The notes below the pieces were generated by a model that saw nothing but the letters and a program-made list of their open reading frames with translations, did not search any database and was not told where the DNA came from. Of a DNA stretch of 64,000 nt, positions 45,829 through 56,778 are shown one piece after another; the stretch's first letter is position 1; each line of letters starts with the position of its first letter. The translations under genes were made by a program, and so were the position numbers. Origin of the DNA: Candidatus Micrarchaeota archaeon (GTDB taxonomy: Archaea > Micrarchaeota > Micrarchaeia > Anstonellales > Bilamarchaeaceae); the NCBI GenBank assembly GCA_014727925.1, contig WJMN01000047.1:41833-105832 (forward strand), given 5' to 3'.

Positions 45829-47727
45829 ATGTTGAAACCCGCAAAAATGCAAAAGGCCAGACTTGTTGCATTAAAATCTGTTTCCCGCCCCCTCCTATCC
45901 GAGCTTCACCGCCTTGGGATGCTTGAAATTCGCAGATTCGGGGGCGATGGTTTTGAAAGCGGGAAAACCATGGAGATCTATGACCGCGTTTCCTCCAGCC
46001 TGGTAAGGCTGCGCTCTATCAAATCAATGCTCGGCCTTTTAGGAAAGCATCCCGAGGATGCCGAGGTGGGGCTTGAAAAAACACTTGAAGAATCAGAGTC
46101 ATTTAATATTGAAGAAGGGCTGCGGGAAAAACACACCCTCCTTGAAAAAAAGCAGAACGAACTTTCCAACATACATTCAAAACTAGAAGACCTGAAAAAA
46201 CTTTCAGGCTTCGATATTGATTTTTCTAAACTGACTTCCGGATCCCTCTCCTTTTCAGTAGGCACTGTGCCCCTGGCAAAGCTCCCTTCCCTTAAGAGAG
46301 AACTTAAAGGAGTCAGCCTGGATTCCCATGTTTTGGGCAGAGAGGGGGTAGTTGCTGTTGCCTACCCATCGGACGAAGCAAAAGTTGAACTGGTGCTCAG
46401 CCGCCACAGCTTCGTTCCCATAGAGTATGATGGGTTTACAACTCCTATGGAAACGGATAACGAACTCCGTGAAAAGGCATCTGAACTAAAGGTTGAGATA
46501 GGAGAAATAAAATCTGGCATAAATGAAATGGCAAATAAATATGGGGAAAAAGTGCTTAAGCTGAATTACTCGCTTGGGCTATGGTCCGAAAGGATGCTGG
46601 CCACAAAAGAAATGGGATTCGGGTCCAAGACCCTTATCCTGGAAGGTTGGGTAAAGGCAGACAATTACGATTCATTCAGGAACACCCTCCAGACAAAATT
46701 CGGAGACAAGGTATATATTGAGAGAATATGCCCCAGAAAGAAGGAAGAATCCCCTGTTGTTCTAGATAACCCTGAGGCAACTTATCCCGCCCAGTTCCTT
46801 GTAAGGCTTTTTTCCCTTCCAAAACCATCAGAGATTGACCCCACCATAATACTCTATGTTACTGTACCTCTTATTTATGGGATGATGCTAGGAGATGTGT
46901 TCTATGGGCTGATATCCCTTCTTCTAGCCGGCTGGCTTCAGAACAAATGGAAGAAAGGCGGTCTTGGATATGGGGTTGCCTCAGTATGGAAATTCTCTGC
47001 AATAGCAGGAATCATTTTCGGGATAATCTTTGATGAGTGGCTGGGCATGTCTTCCTACCAGTTTCTCTTGCTTTTCCAGCAGTGGGGGCTAGTAAATCTT
47101 GCTTCGTTTGGAATAACAGGACCCCTTTACCATGGGTTCCACCGCTCTGCCCAAGTTTCCCTATTGATTGGAATGTCTATTCTGCTTGGGCTAGTTCACC
47201 TGGCGCTTGGGTTCCTCCTGGGCGCAATAAACGAGTGGCACCACAATAGGAAGCATGCCATAGGAAAGCTATCATGGATTTTCATAGAGCTGGGCGGTTT
47301 CCTTGCTGTTGGTTCTATGATGTTCGGTATTTTCCCGGAAGCAGTAGGGATGGCCGGCGCCGGGCTTTTCTTGCTTTCGGTAATCGTGATGGCATTCACT
47401 GAAGGCCCCATAGGCCTAATTGAGATTCCCGGCCTCCTGGGAAACGTGCTATCATATGCCCGTATCGCTGCAGTGGGCTTAGTGGGGGTGCTGCTGGCCG
47501 AACTTATAAATAACTCTTTTGTCCCTGCACCAGAGCAGGGAATTGTTTACGCGGTGCTTATGCTGCCGCTATTGGTGCTTTTCCATGTAATGAACATCGG
47601 CCTGGCAATGGTGGAGTGCGTTGTACAGGGCGGCCGTCTGAACCTTGTGGAATTTTACGGAAAGTTCTTCCAGGGAGGCGGAAAGGAATTCACTCCGTTT
47701 GCAATAACAGCAAAAAATGAAAAATAG
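45829..47727 (+). CDS. atpI: A-type ATP synthase subunit I (a)
   Basis: MLKPAKM, LEGWV, EIDPT, MLGDVFYG, LSYARIAA, RLNLVEFYGKFFQGGG. Confidence 0.95.
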   Translation: MLKPAKMQKARLVALKSVSRPLLSELHRLGMLEIRRFGGDGFESGKTMEIYDRVSSSLVRLRSIKSMLGLLGKHPEDAEVGLEKTLEESESFNIEEGLREKHTLLEKKQNELSNIHSKLEDLKKLSGFDIDFSKLTSGSLSFSVGTVPLAKLPSLKRELKGVSLDSHVLGREGVVAVAYPSDEAKVELVLSRHSFVPIEYDGFTTPMETDNELREKASELKVEIGEIKSGINEMANKYGEKVLKLNYSLGLWSERMLATKEMGFGSKTLILEGWVKADNYDSFRNTLQTKFGDKVYIERICPRKKEESPVVLDNPEATYPAQFLVRLFSLPKPSEIDPTIILYVTVPLIYGMMLGDVFYGLISLLLAGWLQNKWKKGGLGYGVASVWKFSAIAGIIFGIIFDEWLGMSSYQFLLLFQQWGLVNLASFGITGPLYHGFHRSAQVSLLIGMSILLGLVHLALGFLLGAINEWHHNRKHAIGKLSWIFIELGGFLAVGSMMFGIFPEAVGMAGAGLFLLSVIVMAFTEGPIGLIEIPGLLGNVLSYARIAAVGLVGVLLAELINNSFVPAPEQGIVYAVLMLPLLVLFHVMNIGLAMVECVVQGGRLNLVEFYGKFFQGGGKEFTPFAITAKNEK

Positions 47728-47737
47728 GTGAAAAAAT

Positions 47738-47977
47738 ATGGCAGAAGGTTTGTTTGCAGCTGAAGGGCTTATCGCCCTTGGTGCAGGACTGGCGATCGGA
47801 ATCGGAGCAATCGCTACCGGTATGGCGCAGGCGTCTATCGGTTCAAGCGGTATGGGAGTTCTGGCAGAAAAGCCAGAGGAGTTTACCAAGGTACTTATCT
47901 GCCTTGCGCTTCCGGAAACCCTGGTGATTCTTGGTTTCGTGATTGCGTTCCTGCTCATCGGCAAGATCGGTGCTTGA
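47738..47977 (+). CDS. atpK: A-type ATP synthase subunit K (c)
   Basis: 79 aa two-TM hairpin; AEKPE loop; ALPETLVI. Confidence 0.95.
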   Translation: MAEGLFAAEGLIALGAGLAIGIGAIATGMAQASIGSSGMGVLAEKPEEFTKVLICLALPETLVILGFVIAFLLIGKIGA

Positions 47978-48003
47978 GCTTTCCTCACGAGGAAGGTGTG
48001 TGA

Positions 48004-48567
48004 ATGGGTATTGGCCATCTCACCGCCAATATTCTTGCGGAAGCAAGAAAGGAGGCGAAAGCAATAACCGGTGAAGCGGAGGCAGAAAAGAAGCAAGTAG
48101 TAAAGGAAGCCAGGCAGAAAGCTAAGGAACGGCTAGCCGCTGCAGAAAAGAACGCAGAGGAGTTCGTGGAATCCCAGAGAAGGGAGAGGATAGCCTGGGC
48201 AAAGCTTGAAGCAAAAAAGATGGAAGGCGAAGCCCGGGAATCAGTCATTTCCGATGCAATGGACGGCCTTTACAAGAAGCTTTCAGAATTCCGCAAGGGC
48301 AATAGATACCCTGGATTTCTTAAGGAGCGTGTGCATGAGGCAATGGGTGAAATCCAGGTGGATAACCATCTTGTGCGCATTTGCAAGGGAGACAAGGGCC
48401 ACCTTAAAGGAATGAAGGCCGACATCCAGGAAGACCTTTCAGGGATGGGAGGCGCGATTGTTTCTTCCCCCAATGGAAACGTGAGGGTAGACTGCACGCT
48501 TTCTTCCCTTTTTGAGGAGAAGAGAGAATTCCTGAGGAAAAAGCTCTATGAAAGCCTATTTGGGTGA
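48004..48567 (+). CDS. atpE: A-type ATP synthase subunit E
   Basis: N-terminal coiled coil, MGGAIV..GNVRVDCT, ends LFG. Confidence 0.9.
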   Translation: MGIGHLTANILAEARKEAKAITGEAEAEKKQVVKEARQKAKERLAAAEKNAEEFVESQRRERIAWAKLEAKKMEGEARESVISDAMDGLYKKLSEFRKGNRYPGFLKERVHEAMGEIQVDNHLVRICKGDKGHLKGMKADIQEDLSGMGGAIVSSPNGNVRVDCTLSSLFEEKREFLRKKLYESLFG

Positions 48568-48573
48568 TGGAAT

Positions 48574-49692
48574 ATGAATCCGCTTGATGCAATGGGAAAG
48601 CTTTTCTACAACCGCCAGCTTACTTATGGATATGCAGCAGCCAGGGTAAGGGCGAGAAAGGCTTTGCTCCTGCAACAATCATTCTATGAGGACCTCCTTA
48701 ACCAGAGGACTTTTGATGGAATGATTGCAATGCTTGAGCGGACATATTATAAGAAAGTGCTTACCGGAGGGGTGTTGCAGGAGTATTTCACCCCCGGAGA
48801 GGGTTCCCGCTTCATAGAGATGGCCGCAGAGATACACTATAAAGATGTGGTCAATAAGGTTAGGAGTTTCACACCTGAAGATGGCTTGCCCGTGGTGAAT
48901 ATGCTGATGCGCAAGTGGGACATTCTAAACCTCCGCACCATAATCTCTTCTAGGAGGATGGGAAAGAAGTGGGAAGACATCTATCCATACCTTGTTTCCG
49001 CAGGCGAGCTCTCGGTTTCTGACCTGAAGAGGATTGCGGAAAGCGATCCGGAGAAGCTGTATGTAAGAATAAGGTCCACCTCTGTGGGGAGGCAGGTACT
49101 TTCCCATTCCAGCAAGGAGCTTAGGGGCACAGAGCTTGAGCAGATGTTTATAAAGGCAGTAAAGAATGCAGAAGTGCTGAACCAGCTGCAGGTAATCCTG
49201 GATTCTAGCTATTATAACTACCTAGAAGACAGCATAGTTTCTTCGGACAAAGATATCGTATGGATTAAGAATACAGTTTCCAAGGAAATAGACCTCAAGA
49301 ATATAATCAATGTACTTCGCCTCAAGGAACATGGAGTAAATGAAGTTTCAATGCTTGAGCCCCACCTTATAAAGGGAGGAAGGGCTCGCGCAGGATACCC
49401 CGAAGAGCTCCTCAAGGCAGGTAATTATAAGGAGATTGTCCAGATTATCAGGCCACTCTTTAAGCTTGAAAAAGAGGAGTACGGCTCCCTCGCGGAGCTT
49501 GAAACCGCGATGCAGCAGCAGCTTGCAAAGGAGAGGGTGAGGATTTTCTACCGCAACCCGGTTTCCATTGCAACCATTGTCGGCTTCCTCCTGATAAAGG
49601 AGGAGGAAATGAATAACCTGCGCAAAATTGTAAGGGGCAAGGATTACCACCTCTCCCCCGAGGAGATAAAACCAATGCTTGTATACTACTGA
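48574..49692 (+). CDS. atpC: A-type ATP synthase subunit C
   Basis: YGYAAARVRA, WDILNLRTI, EIDLKNI, KEEEMNNLRKI. Confidence 0.9.
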   Translation: MNPLDAMGKLFYNRQLTYGYAAARVRARKALLLQQSFYEDLLNQRTFDGMIAMLERTYYKKVLTGGVLQEYFTPGEGSRFIEMAAEIHYKDVVNKVRSFTPEDGLPVVNMLMRKWDILNLRTIISSRRMGKKWEDIYPYLVSAGELSVSDLKRIAESDPEKLYVRIRSTSVGRQVLSHSSKELRGTELEQMFIKAVKNAEVLNQLQVILDSSYYNYLEDSIVSSDKDIVWIKNTVSKEIDLKNIINVLRLKEHGVNEVSMLEPHLIKGGRARAGYPEELLKAGNYKEIVQIIRPLFKLEKEEYGSLAELETAMQQQLAKERVRIFYRNPVSIATIVGFLLIKEEEMNNLRKIVRGKDYHLSPEEIKPMLVYY

Positions 49693-49700
49693 GGTGCAGA

Positions 49701-50024
49701 ATGTCTGAAAGGATTGCAGTGATTGGGGATGCGGCTCTTGCAACCGGCTTCCGGCTGGCAGGACTTTACCATGTCCATGTTGTCAAGGATGGAAAGGAGT
49801 TTGAGGAAAAGCTCAGAGAGGTTATTGAGGATCCCAAGTTTGGTATTGTAATCGTGAATGAATCTTACCTCCCCGGGATAGACTGGAGGCTCAAGAAGAA
49901 GATAGACAATCTTGCACACCCGGTTGTTGTGGGCGTGGCAGACATCTCAGGAAAGACAGAAGAGGGCGAAGACCTGAGCGAGTTGATCAAGAAGGCCCTC
50001 GGTTTTGACGTTTCAAAAGGGTGA
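49701..50024 (+). CDS. atpF: A-type ATP synthase subunit F
   Basis: IAVIGD, GFRLAG, IKKALGFD. Confidence 0.93.
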   Translation: MSERIAVIGDAALATGFRLAGLYHVHVVKDGKEFEEKLREVIEDPKFGIVIVNESYLPGIDWRLKKKIDNLAHPVVVGVADISGKTEEGEDLSELIKKALGFDVSKG

Positions 50025-50029
50025 TATGA

Positions 50030-51781
50030 ATGGCAGTTAATGGAAAGCTTTCGCGCATTACAGGCCCGGTTGTTGTGGCCAAGGACCTTAAGGGCGCAAA
50101 GCTCTACGACGTTGTAAAAGTCGGAGAGGAAAAGCTCGTAGGAGAGATTATCAAAATTGTAGGCAACGAGTCCGTTGTCCAGGTTTACGAAGACACTGCA
50201 GGCCTCAAGCCGGGCGAAAAGGTCATTTCCACCGGCCAGCCGCTTTCAGTTGAGCTCGGCCCCGGGATACTCCGCTCTTTCTATGATGGCATCCAGAGGC
50301 CCCTAGACAAGATAGAGCAGGCCGCAGGCGCCTTCATTACCCGCGGAATTGATGTTTCCCCTCTTGATCACAAGAAGAAATGGGATTTCAAGGCAACAAA
50401 AAAGAAAGGGGAAAAGGTGCAGGCAGGAGATATCCTTGGTGAAGTACAAGAAACTGATGTGATTACCCACAGGATACTAGCAACAGAATCAGGAAAGCTC
50501 ACTGACATCAAATCCGGTAAATACACTCTTGATGACCAGATTGGCACAATTGAAGCGCGCAACAAGAAGCACCCAGAAAGGCTTTACCACAATTGGGTTG
50601 TGAGGAAGCCCCGCCCCTACCGCGAGAAATTTCCCCCGGTTGTGCCGCTTTCTACCGGAATGAGGATTGTAGACACATTCTCCCCGATTGCAAAGGGAGG
50701 GACAGCATGCATTCCCGGGCCTTTCGGTTCAGGAAAAACTGTTACCCAGCAGTCCCTTGCAAAGTGGTCTGATGCTGAAATTGTGGTTTACATCGGGTGC
50801 GGAGAGCGCGGAAACGAAATGACTGAAGTGCTCAACGAGTTCCCAAAGCTTATAGACCCGAAGACCGGGAAGCCTCTCATGGAGCGCACGGTGCTGATTG
50901 CAAATACTTCCAACATGCCGGTTGCCGCGCGTGAGGCGTCTATCTACACAGGAATCACCCTTGCAGAGTATTACCGCGACATGGGCTATGGTGTTTCCCT
51001 GATGGCCGATTCCACTTCAAGGTGGGCAGAAGCCCTCCGTGAAATCTCAGGAAGGCTAGAGGAGATGCCTGGTGAGGAGGGCTACCCTGCCTACCTCGCA
51101 AGGAAGCTCGCAGAGTTCTACGAGCGTGCAGGAAGGGTAAAGACTCTCGGCTCTCCTGACCGCGAAGGGAATGTAACGGTTATTGGTGCGGTTTCCCCTC
51201 CCGGGGGAGACATTTCCGAGCCGGTTTCCCAGAACACTCTCCGCGTAACGAAGGTTTTCCTTGCGCTGGATTCTTCTCTTGCCCAGAGGAGGCACTTCCC
51301 TGCTATCCACTGGCTGAAGAGCTATTCCCTTTATACAGAAACCCTTGACCCCTGGTATGAGGAAAACATTGCTGCAGACTGGCCCCGCCTCCGCAACGAT
51401 GCCATGGCCCTTCTCCAGAAGGAGGCAGAACTTCAGGAGATAGTCCAGCTGGTCGGGCCCGATGCCCTCCCTGAAAAAGAGCAGGCAATCCTCCTGGTCG
51501 CGAAAATGATTCGTGAAGATTACCTCCAGCAGTCCGCATTCCACGAAGTAGATGCGTTTGCAACCATGAAAAAACAGCACGCGATGCTCAAGACCATCAT
51601 GAGGTTCCACGAGCGCGCCATGGGCGCCATTGACCTTGGCATCCAGCTCAAGACAATTACCGGAATGAAAGTCCGGGAAAAGATTGGCAGGATGAAGGAG
51701 GTTCCTGAAGACAAGCTCAAGGACATAGAAGCTGTATATAAGGAAGTGGACAAGGAGTTTGATGGCCTCAGGAAGGAGTAG
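50030..51781 (+). CDS. atpA: A-type ATP synthase subunit A
   Basis: [42 protein letters not shown]; no intein. Confidence 0.98.
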   Translation: MAVNGKLSRITGPVVVAKDLKGAKLYDVVKVGEEKLVGEIIKIVGNESVVQVYEDTAGLKPGEKVISTGQPLSVELGPGILRSFYDGIQRPLDKIEQAAGAFITRGIDVSPLDHKKKWDFKATKKKGEKVQAGDILGEVQETDVITHRILATESGKLTDIKSGKYTLDDQIGTIEARNKKHPERLYHNWVVRKPRPYREKFPPVVPLSTGMRIVDTFSPIAKGGTACIPGPFGSGKTVTQQSLAKWSDAEIVVYIGCGERGNEMTEVLNEFPKLIDPKTGKPLMERTVLIANTSNMPVAAREASIYTGITLAEYYRDMGYGVSLMADSTSRWAEALREISGRLEEMPGEEGYPAYLARKLAEFYERAGRVKTLGSPDREGNVTVIGAVSPPGGDISEPVSQNTLRVTKVFLALDSSLAQRRHFPAIHWLKSYSLYTETLDPWYEENIAADWPRLRNDAMALLQKEAELQEIVQLVGPDALPEKEQAILLVAKMIREDYLQQSAFHEVDAFATMKKQHAMLKTIMRFHERAMGAIDLGIQLKTITGMKVREKIGRMKEVPEDKLKDIEAVYKEVDKEFDGLRKE

Positions 51782-51789
51782 GTGGTACT

Positions 51790-53181
51790 ATGAAAGAATA
51801 CAAAACAGTTTCACAAATTGCCGGTCCCCTTGTATTTGTTGACAATGTTGTAGGTGTCGGATACAATGAGCTGGTTGAGGTAACCCTGCCCAGCGGGGAA
51901 AAGCAGAAAGGGCAGGTCCTTGATATAACCGAAAAGGTTGCGGTTGTGCAGGTTTTCGGCGGAACCTCGGGCCTGAACACCTCCGACACTTCAGTGAAGT
52001 TTCTTGGGGAAACCATGCATCTTGGAGTTTCCGAGGACATGCTTGGCCGCGTTTTCACCGGACTTGGCGAGCCGCGCGATAATGCGCCCAAGCCGGTTGC
52101 AGAAGAGCGCCTTGACATCTCAGGGGCAGCAATAAACCCCTACTCCCGCGAAGAGCCGCGTGATTTCATCCAGACAGGAATATCAACCATAGACTGCATG
52201 AACACGCTTGTGCGCGGGCAGAAGCTCCCGATTTTCTCTGCTTCAGGGCTTCCCCACAATCAGCTTGCAGTGCAGATTGCAAGGCAGTCTAAGACCAAGG
52301 ACCAGAAGGAGGAGTTTGCAGTTGTTTTTGCCGCTGTTGGTATTACTCACGAAGAGGCATCATACTTTATGCGTGATTTTGAGAAGACTGGGGCACTTGA
52401 GCGCGCAGTTCTTTTCCTGAACCTCGCAGATGACCCCTCAGTGGAGCGTATCATTACTCCCCGCCTTGCCCTCACCACTGCAGAGTACCTTGCCTTTGAG
52501 AAGGGCATGCACGTGCTGGTAATCATCACCGACATGACCAATTATTGTGAGGCCCTGCGTGAGATTGCCTCTGCAAGGCAGGAAGTGCCCGGCCGCCGTG
52601 GATATCCCGGATACATGTACACTGACCTCTCCACGATTTACGAGCGTGCAGGGAGGATAAAAGGGCGCAAGGGAACAGTTACCCAGTTCCCCATCCTTAC
52701 CATGCCAGGAGACGACATCACCCACCCAATCCCCGATCTTACAGGATACATTACCGAAGGACAGATTGTGCTTTCCCGTGACCTACACAGAAAGAACATC
52801 ACGCCTCCGGTGGACCCGCTACCCTCTCTTTCTAGGCTGATGAACCTGGGGATTGGGAAGGGCAGCACCCGTGAAGACCACAAGGGAGTTGCAGACCAGC
52901 TTTATGCTGCATACGCAAACGGCCGTGACCTCAGGAGCCTGAGCGCGGTTGTAGGTGAGGAGTCCCTCACGGATATAGACAGGAAGTACCTTCGCTTTGC
53001 TGATGAGTTTGAGAACCGGTTCATCAGGCAGGGCAACACTGAGGATCGCACAATAGAGCAGACGCTTGATCTTGGGTGGGAGTTGCTTTCCGCACTTCCC
53101 GAAGAGGAGCTTAAGCGTGTAAAGCTGGACTTCATACAGAAATACGGCGGAAAGTTCAGGAATAAGGAAAAGAAGGAATAG
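51790..53181 (+). CDS. atpB: A-type ATP synthase subunit B
   Basis: [39 protein letters not shown]. Confidence 0.98.
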   Translation: MKEYKTVSQIAGPLVFVDNVVGVGYNELVEVTLPSGEKQKGQVLDITEKVAVVQVFGGTSGLNTSDTSVKFLGETMHLGVSEDMLGRVFTGLGEPRDNAPKPVAEERLDISGAAINPYSREEPRDFIQTGISTIDCMNTLVRGQKLPIFSASGLPHNQLAVQIARQSKTKDQKEEFAVVFAAVGITHEEASYFMRDFEKTGALERAVLFLNLADDPSVERIITPRLALTTAEYLAFEKGMHVLVIITDMTNYCEALREIASARQEVPGRRGYPGYMYTDLSTIYERAGRIKGRKGTVTQFPILTMPGDDITHPIPDLTGYITEGQIVLSRDLHRKNITPPVDPLPSLSRLMNLGIGKGSTREDHKGVADQLYAAYANGRDLRSLSAVVGEESLTDIDRKYLRFADEFENRFIRQGNTEDRTIEQTLDLGWELLSALPEEELKRVKLDFIQKYGGKFRNKEKKE

Positions 53182-53190
53182 GCGGTAAGC

Positions 53191-53841
53191 ATGGCTGAGA
53201 AAGCTAATCCAACCAGGATGGAGCTGCTTAAGACAAAGTCCAGAATCAAGCTCGCCAAAAACGGGCACAATCTGCTTAAGCAGAAAAGGGATGCCCTTAT
53301 TATGGAGTTCTTCAAAATCCTCAAGAAAGCAAAGGATTTGCGCGGGGAGCTAAATGAAAAGATGGGGGAGGCATACAAGTCTCTTTCCATTGCCCATGCA
53401 TACCACACAACCTTTGAGCTTGAATCCATAGCTTCCGGCCTTGAGCAAGACCTCGGCCTTGAGGTGAAGTCTAGGAACGTTATGGGAGTCCGCATCCCCG
53501 AGATAAAGGAAGAGATTGAGGAAAAGAAGTTTGGAGAGCGCGGATATTCCGTAATGGGCACTTCTGCCAAGGTTGATGATGTGGTTGAGGATTTCGGAAG
53601 TGTGCTCAGAATTGTGGTTACGCTTGCAGAAACCGAAACCGCAATCAAGCGCCTCATAAAAGAGATTGAAAAGACCAAGAGGCGGGTAAACGCGCTTGAG
53701 TTCGTAGTGATTCCCCGCCTCGAAAAGCAGAGGGACGATATCATTTTCCGCCTTGAGGAGATGGAGCGTGATTCATTTGTGTCCCTCAAGGTAATCAAGA
53801 AGCGCCTTGAAGAGGAGGCTGCCGGCAAGGAGGCCGCATAA
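53191..53841 (+). CDS. atpD: A-type ATP synthase subunit D
   Basis: NPTRMELL, LLKQKRDAL, EIEKTKRRVNALE. Confidence 0.96.
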   Translation: MAEKANPTRMELLKTKSRIKLAKNGHNLLKQKRDALIMEFFKILKKAKDLRGELNEKMGEAYKSLSIAHAYHTTFELESIASGLEQDLGLEVKSRNVMGVRIPEIKEEIEEKKFGERGYSVMGTSAKVDDVVEDFGSVLRIVVTLAETETAIKRLIKEIEKTKRRVNALEFVVIPRLEKQRDDIIFRLEEMERDSFVSLKVIKKRLEEEAAGKEAA

Positions 53842-54311
53842 TGGGAACAAAAACCCTCTCCAAGCGTGAGATAAAAGAACTTTCCCCACAAATTTCTTCC
53901 CTTGTTTCTGTTTCCCCAAAGCAGAAACTGGAAATTATTCAGAAGGATAAATACACAGTTCTCTCTGTGGATGATGAGCCACTTCTCTTTAAGTTTGAAG
54001 ATAAATGGCTCCCACTTTTGCGCCAGCTTTTTTCCGGCCGGATTCTAGTAGATTATCCTAAAGTTACAGTGGATATGGGCGCCGTGAAATTTGTTGCAAA
54101 TGGGGCAGACATCATGCGCCCAGGCATTACCCATGTTGATGAGGGCATTTTAGCAGGGGGCCCTGTCCTGATTGTGGATGAAACCCATGGAAAAACCCTT
54201 GCAATAGGGCTCGCCCTTTTTTCTTCTGAAGAAATCCGCAGCCACGAAGGCGGAAAGGTAATCAGAAGCGCCCACGCAGCAGGAGACCGCCTCTGGGAGC
54301 TTACAAAGTAG
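53841..54311 (+). CDS. PUA-domain RNA-binding protein (MCT-1/Tma20-like)
   Basis: VDMGAVKFVANGADIMRPGI; GD.LW at the C-terminus. Confidence 0.9.
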   Translation: MGTKTLSKREIKELSPQISSLVSVSPKQKLEIIQKDKYTVLSVDDEPLLFKFEDKWLPLLRQLFSGRILVDYPKVTVDMGAVKFVANGADIMRPGITHVDEGILAGGPVLIVDETHGKTLAIGLALFSSEEIRSHEGGKVIRSAHAAGDRLWELTK

Positions 54312-54374
54312 CCATCCCCCTCTTTTTAGAGATGTTCAGAGTATTTTTATCCTTTTTCCAGGAATAGTAGTTAC

Positions 54375-56777
54375 ATGGTGGCCCACAAAAAAAAATTTCC
54401 TGGAGAGGGCAAAAAAAAACTGCTTGATAACCTAATACCACAAAGGGTTTGCAGCAGAATTTCTTCAGAATATTGTGAAAGGGCGAAATTGATTTCAATG
54501 AGAGCAAGCCGTTTGCTATCCTCTCCTTCTTCCAGGGAGTTGGATTCTTTTGTGCAATATTTAAAGGAACTAAAACAAGATGATGAATTTTGGGGCTGGC
54601 TGAGCGAGAACACAAAAATTGATGGATTTTTGGAGGCAGCAGAGGATGAGGAGCGCAGACCCAGGGTACTTTCCATTATAAAAAAAGCATCAGGTGGAAA
54701 TCTTCCTGCGGAATCTGCCAAGTTACAGCAACAGCTTGATGAAGCGATTGCTCCGGAAAGCTGGTGGGAAACAGCTGAGGATGTGGCAGTCAATATTCTT
54801 CTCGCTCCGCTGGCTGTTCTTGGGGCAATTTCGGGTTGTGAGCCCCATTACCAGGAAAAACCTTCCGGGCGTTCTGGAGGCAGTGGTCCACATGAGGGCA
54901 AGCCACCTTCTTCTGTTCAGGAGGACCTGGAATTTATTCCTGAAGGGGATACAGGTTACCTTGATGTTTCTGTGCAGTCCCCCCTCTGGGCCGAACAGGG
55001 GCTGGAATACGAAAACCGCACCCACGCCATCCTTCTTGTGGATATCCCGGATTCTGAGCCTCTCCTGATTTCAGGAGAAGAGGAAGAGCAGCATGTTTCC
55101 GGAGAGTTGCTCTATGTTTGCCCGGGTTCCCAGAGTTCCATCTCTCTCTTTGGAGAAAATATTCCACATGCTTACTATGACCCTTCTGATGAGGCATTTT
55201 ATTGTGCGGTTGCAGAAGGGTATGTCAGGGCGGAAAAGGAAGACCTTGTGTTTACCGAGATGGGGGATATTCCAGTTGAGTTTGAATGGAATTCGTTATT
55301 TTTCTTTGCCCGTGAAATAGATGCCCATGTGGAAGATTTGAAGGAAAATTATCTTAATTATCTTAAGGCCGGAGCAGAAGCGATGGACCTTGGGGCAGAC
55401 TGGTCGTTTTTGGATGAAGGAATATTGATTGAAAACCTGTCACAAATCCAGACTGTTTTTACCCGTGATTCTGTTTATGAGGGAGCAGGTGCAGCCGGCC
55501 ATGCCCACTTTGATTCCAATACGATTACTGCCACAGTTCCCGGGGATTTGGAGAATGCCCAGTATTCCTTTTCTACTTTTACTCATGAATTCACTCATCT
55601 GGTGCTGCATAATGCGGAATTTATTTCTTCAGGAACCCCGCGTTCCCCTTTTGGCCGGGGCCTGCATGAAGGGGAAACGGATTTTTTCAAGGGTCTTGTT
55701 AAACTTGGCATGGGCGGGGAATTTAGCGCTGGCGGCTATTCCCGTCTTTCTTATATCATTGCAGTATATGCACATATTCTTGGTCCAGACACTTTCTTCA
55801 GGGTATGTCTTGATCCCGGAGAAACAGACCTGGATGTGGAGATGGATGCCCTACTTGGAGAAGAGGGCAAACATGAAAAAATTGTAGCATATTTTCGTTC
55901 AGGGGAACTCCGCCCCTCCCTTACAGATGCCGTACCTTTTACAAATAGGATGCTGAGGCTGATGGGGGAGCTAGAAGCCCAAGGATTTAACTGGATAAGC
56001 GCGGTTGAATCAGTTGAACCATATTTCCAGCCCCATGTGCATGAACTTGATTTTTTTGAGAGGTTTGGGGTTGAGGAAGGAGTGCCCCTGCTTGAACAAT
56101 CCTGGCACAGGACACAATACTTATACTGGTCCGCACCCACTCCTGTATTTGATTTGCGGGATGAGCTTGAAAACCCTCCTGAAAATCTCATCCCCGTATT
56201 GGGCGCTGTTCCCATCTTAAATTCCCTGAATTATGAGAATTGTGATCTTCCTACCCAACATGTTGCCCTGGGAGCATGGAGGCATACGGTTGATTCTTTT
56301 GCTGATTACTGGAACGGGCTGAGCCAGGAGGAAAGAGCGAACAGCCAGGAGGATTTAATTTGGTTTTATAAGGCAAGTTATGCCCTGGCCGCACGCTTTG
56401 GAATAAGTGCACCAAGAATATCGGACAAGATAATGAATGCTTCTGCGGGAGCAGATATCCTGATTTCAGGAGATGATTATGGAAACTGGAATCCCTCCAC
56501 CGGCATTTCATTCAGCACTTCAACCCTTGAGTTGTCAGACTGGAGCATTGAATCTCCAGAGAATCCTTCTTTGTCCGAAGCTGTTGGAGATGGGGAGGCA
56601 GTGCTCTTTTCTGTTGAGTCTCCATGGCCACTTGAGCGTACATACTCCATCGGCCCGGACAGGGAATGGGTACTTTCACTTTATTCTGAAGGGGAGATAG
56701 TTGTGCAGTTTGTTGGAGGAGAAGCATCAATTTACGGCCTTGAAATAATTGAGAACAGTCCGCAGTTTTCTGAATAA
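54375..56777 (+). CDS. Hypothetical 800-aa protein with a gluzincin metallopeptidase motif
   Basis: THEFTH then GLHEGETD; internal hydrophobic segment ending ISGC at residue 155. Confidence 0.7.
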   Translation: MVAHKKKFPGEGKKKLLDNLIPQRVCSRISSEYCERAKLISMRASRLLSSPSSRELDSFVQYLKELKQDDEFWGWLSENTKIDGFLEAAEDEERRPRVLSIIKKASGGNLPAESAKLQQQLDEAIAPESWWETAEDVAVNILLAPLAVLGAISGCEPHYQEKPSGRSGGSGPHEGKPPSSVQEDLEFIPEGDTGYLDVSVQSPLWAEQGLEYENRTHAILLVDIPDSEPLLISGEEEEQHVSGELLYVCPGSQSSISLFGENIPHAYYDPSDEAFYCAVAEGYVRAEKEDLVFTEMGDIPVEFEWNSLFFFAREIDAHVEDLKENYLNYLKAGAEAMDLGADWSFLDEGILIENLSQIQTVFTRDSVYEGAGAAGHAHFDSNTITATVPGDLENAQYSFSTFTHEFTHLVLHNAEFISSGTPRSPFGRGLHEGETDFFKGLVKLGMGGEFSAGGYSRLSYIIAVYAHILGPDTFFRVCLDPGETDLDVEMDALLGEEGKHEKIVAYFRSGELRPSLTDAVPFTNRMLRLMGELEAQGFNWISAVESVEPYFQPHVHELDFFERFGVEEGVPLLEQSWHRTQYLYWSAPTPVFDLRDELENPPENLIPVLGAVPILNSLNYENCDLPTQHVALGAWRHTVDSFADYWNGLSQEERANSQEDLIWFYKASYALAARFGISAPRISDKIMNASAGADILISGDDYGNWNPSTGISFSTSTLELSDWSIESPENPSLSEAVGDGEAVLFSVESPWPLERTYSIGPDREWVLSLYSEGEIVVQFVGGEASIYGLEIIENSPQFSE

Positions 56778-56778
56778 G

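Noticed and set aside
50030-51781. Inteins in AtpA (also checked LeuRS, PpsA and Cdc6)
   Set aside because: Protein lengths are normal and no intein termini or LAGLIDADG blocks are seen.
52902-53891. 329-aa minus-strand ORF
   Set aside because: Antisense shadow of atpB and atpD.
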